Of a stretch of DNA of 39,755 bases, positions 37,672 to 39,755 are shown in pieces. The position numbers and the translations under genes are program-made. The notes beneath the pieces were generated by a model. That model searched no databases. It saw only the letters and a list, made by a program, of their open reading frames with translations, and was not told the origin of the DNA. The DNA is taken from NCBI GenBank assembly GCA_050257835.1, contig JBLMXP010000060.1, forward strand, positions 1 through 39,755. Direction: 5' to 3'. This stretch comes from Planctomycetaceae bacterium. Its GTDB lineage: Bacteria; Actinomycetota; UBA4738; HRBIN12. Position 1 is the stretch's first letter. The number at the start of each line of letters is the position of its first letter.

Positions 37672-39025
37672 CCAGCTGGAACGTCGCTTCGACGGCGTGG
37701 ACCGCGCGACGATGCCCGACCTGTGGGGCGCGATCGAGGTGCGGGCCCAGCACCCGGCCCCGCAGCCGCGCGGCCCGCGGGTCGCGGCGCTCGTGCTCGC
37801 GGTGCTCGTGGCCGCCGCCGTGATCGGCGGGCTCGTGTGGGCGCTGCAGGGTCGGGAGAGCCAGCCGGCCGTGCAGCCCGGTGTGAACGGCGACATCGGC
37901 TACGTCGGGAGGCAACCGGATGGGCACTTCCACCTGTTCGCGATCGACCCGACGAGCGGGGTCACGCTGCAGCTGACGGGCGGCTCGGGGTACGACTTCG
38001 ACCCCGTGTGGTCGCCGGACGGCACGGAGGTCGTGTTCGTCCGCGACACGCCGGCGGCCGGAGGGTCGTCGACGACGCAGCTCGTGCTCCGAGCGCGAGA
38101 CGGGACGGAGCGGGTCCTTCTCGAGTGCGCTCCGCCGCGTCAGTCGGCGTGCGGGGAGCCGAACTCGGGCAACCCGTCATGGTCTCCGGATGGCTCTCGC
38201 CTGGCCTGGGTCGGCGGCGCTTCCCAGTCCATCCTGCAGGTCATGGACCTCGCGACCGGCCACGTCATATCCCTGTGCCGAGTCCGGTGCGGGCCGGGTC
38301 TTTCGCAGATCACGTGGAGCCCGAACGGCCAGCAGGTGGCCTTCTCGAACGCCGGGGCGGTGGGCGCGCCGCTGGCGAGCGCCCAAGACCGAACGAGCCG
38401 GATCTGGGTGCAGCGCGCGGACGGGTCCTCGCCGGCGGTCGCCCTCAGCGGTTCCGCCGGGTGCTCGGCAGGCGCTCCGGGCTGCCTCAACGTCGGTCCG
38501 TCGTGGTCTCCGGACGGTGACTTGATCGCCTTCGTCACCGTGAACGTCGCGGCGCACACGGCGGTGGCCGCGACGATGCGGCCGGACGGATCCGACGTTC
38601 GGGTCGTTGACTCGTGCCCCGGACATGACGGTTGCTCCGGGATCCCCGGCCCCGTGTGGTCCCCCGACGGCACCAGGTTCGCGCTGACCATCCGTCGTTC
38701 CCCTTCCACCGGGATGCCGGCGATCCGAATCTTCACCCCAGCGAACGGGGATACGAACGACCTGAGTCTGTGCGCCGGCTGCTCGCCGGTCGAGATCGCG
38801 TGGTCGCCGGACGGGACGTCGCTGGCCTTCATCAAGTACGACGACGCGACCTACGAGACCGGTCTGTACGTGGTGGCGGCGGACGGCACGGGGTTGCGAT
38901 CCGTCTTGGGTCTCGGGTCCGTCGACGTACCCGGCCTTTCGTGGCTGCCCGCAGGCGCCATCGCGACCGCGTCCACCGTGACGCCGTCCACCGTGACGCC
39001 GTCCACCGGGACGCCGTCCGGATAG
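37664..39025 (+). CDS. Single-TM protein with TolB-like (PD40) beta-propeller, putative ECF partner
   Basis: TM followed by six WSP[DN]G repeats; overlaps the ECF stop codon. Confidence 0.85.
   Translation: MADQLERRFDGVDRATMPDLWGAIEVRAQHPAPQPRGPRVAALVLAVLVAAAVIGGLVWALQGRESQPAVQPGVNGDIGYVGRQPDGHFHLFAIDPTSGVTLQLTGGSGYDFDPVWSPDGTEVVFVRDTPAAGGSSTTQLVLRARDGTERVLLECAPPRQSACGEPNSGNPSWSPDGSRLAWVGGASQSILQVMDLATGHVISLCRVRCGPGLSQITWSPNGQQVAFSNAGAVGAPLASAQDRTSRIWVQRADGSSPAVALSGSAGCSAGAPGCLNVGPSWSPDGDLIAFVTVNVAAHTAVAATMRPDGSDVRVVDSCPGHDGCSGIPGPVWSPDGTRFALTIRRSPSTGMPAIRIFTPANGDTNDLSLCAGCSPVEIAWSPDGTSLAFIKYDDATYETGLYVVAADGTGLRSVLGLGSVDVPGLSWLPAGAIATASTVTPSTVTPSTGTPSG
38970..39019. repeat. 15-bp in-frame tandem repeat x3 (STVTP)
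   Basis: CGTCCACCGTGACGC x2, then CGTCCACCGGGACGC and a partial CGTCC. Confidence 0.85.
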
Positions 39026-39035
39026 CCTCCGGGGG

Positions 39036-39755
39036 GTGACGCGCTACACGTACGGTGATTCCGACCTCGCGGCCGAGCGGCTCGCGCTCGTCGCCGCGAC
39101 GTTCGAACCGACCACCCGGGCATTCCTCGAGGCGGCCGGACCGCCCCGTCCGAGGCTCGCGCTCGACCTTGGCTGCGGCCCGGGGCTGACGACGCGGCTC
39201 CTGCACGGGACGCTCGACGCCGAGCGGACGATCGGCGTGGACGCGTCGGCCGCCTACGTCGGTCGCGCGTCCCTCGGAGCGCCCGAGAGGGTCTCGTTCG
39301 TCGAGCAGGACGTCACCCGCCTGCCGCTCCCGGGCGCGCCCGCCGGCGCGATCTACGCGCGGCTCCTGCTCGCGCACCTCGTCGACCCGCCGGCGGTGGT
39401 GGGGAAGTGGACGACGCAGCTCGCCTCCGGCGGAGTCCTCCTCCTAGACGACCTCGAGGTGATCGAGACGGACGAGCCGGCGTGTCGCGCCTACCTCGAC
39501 GAGGTCGCCGTACCGGTCGTCCGATCGCAGGGCGGTGTGCTCTTCGTCGGCCCGGCGCTGCACGCGATGCCCGACCCGCCGCGCACGGAGCGCGTTCACG
39601 ACGCGGTCGCCTCGTTCACGCCGCCCGCCGCGACGAGCGCCCTGATCTTCGCGATGAACCTTGCGGTGCTGACCGAGCGCGAGGAGATCGCGCCCCGGCC
39701 GGACCTGGCGGCCGAGCTCGACGCGATCGCGAGCGGCCGGGTCCTCGGCGAGCCC
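39036..39755 (+). CDS. Class I SAM-dependent methyltransferase (partial, runs off window)
   Basis: GTG start MTRYTYGDSD..., LDLGCGPG motif I, GVDAS, QDV; no stop before the window end. Confidence 0.88.
   Translation, partial: MTRYTYGDSDLAAERLALVAATFEPTTRAFLEAAGPPRPRLALDLGCGPGLTTRLLHGTLDAERTIGVDASAAYVGRASLGAPERVSFVEQDVTRLPLPGAPAGAIYARLLLAHLVDPPAVVGKWTTQLASGGVLLLDDLEVIETDEPACRAYLDEVAVPVVRSQGGVLFVGPALHAMPDPPRTERVHDAVASFTPPAATSALIFAMNLAVLTEREEIAPRPDLAAELDAIASGRVLGEP

Overview
High-GC Actinomycetota-like chromosomal window (taxonomy inferred from gene order and GC-rich codon usage). The backbone is conserved housekeeping synteny: rpfB-like, rsmA(ksgA), ispE, tRNA-Gln(TTG), glmU, prs, rplY, pth, mfd, PrsA-like foldase, mazG, eno, ftsB/divIC, S1 protein, DUF501/Ppx. 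Accessory blocks interrupt it: a zinc-ribbon/class III cyclase/STAND ATPase gene after the tRNA; three tandem ECF sigma + membrane partner pairs between prs and rplY; and a fourth ECF + TolB-like partner near the end. The most interesting block lies between pth and mfd. A ~380-bp unit duplicated at an exact 490-bp offset encodes four tiny peptides (26-32 aa, below the ORF-track cutoff). Each has a strong RBS, a signal-peptide-like body and the C-terminal motif GA-x-[FY]-K-P-x. They sit directly upstream of a DUF5317-like membrane protein and a multi-TM GGDEF-EAL enzyme, a layout suggesting an undescribed peptide-signal to c-di-GMP system. Other points: a DUF501-Ppx fusion, an RpfB-position protein carrying an RlpA-like domain and a structured leader, a probable AUC start codon on the S1 gene, and many apparently leaderless genes. 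All family calls come from motif recognition by eye; no searches were run.
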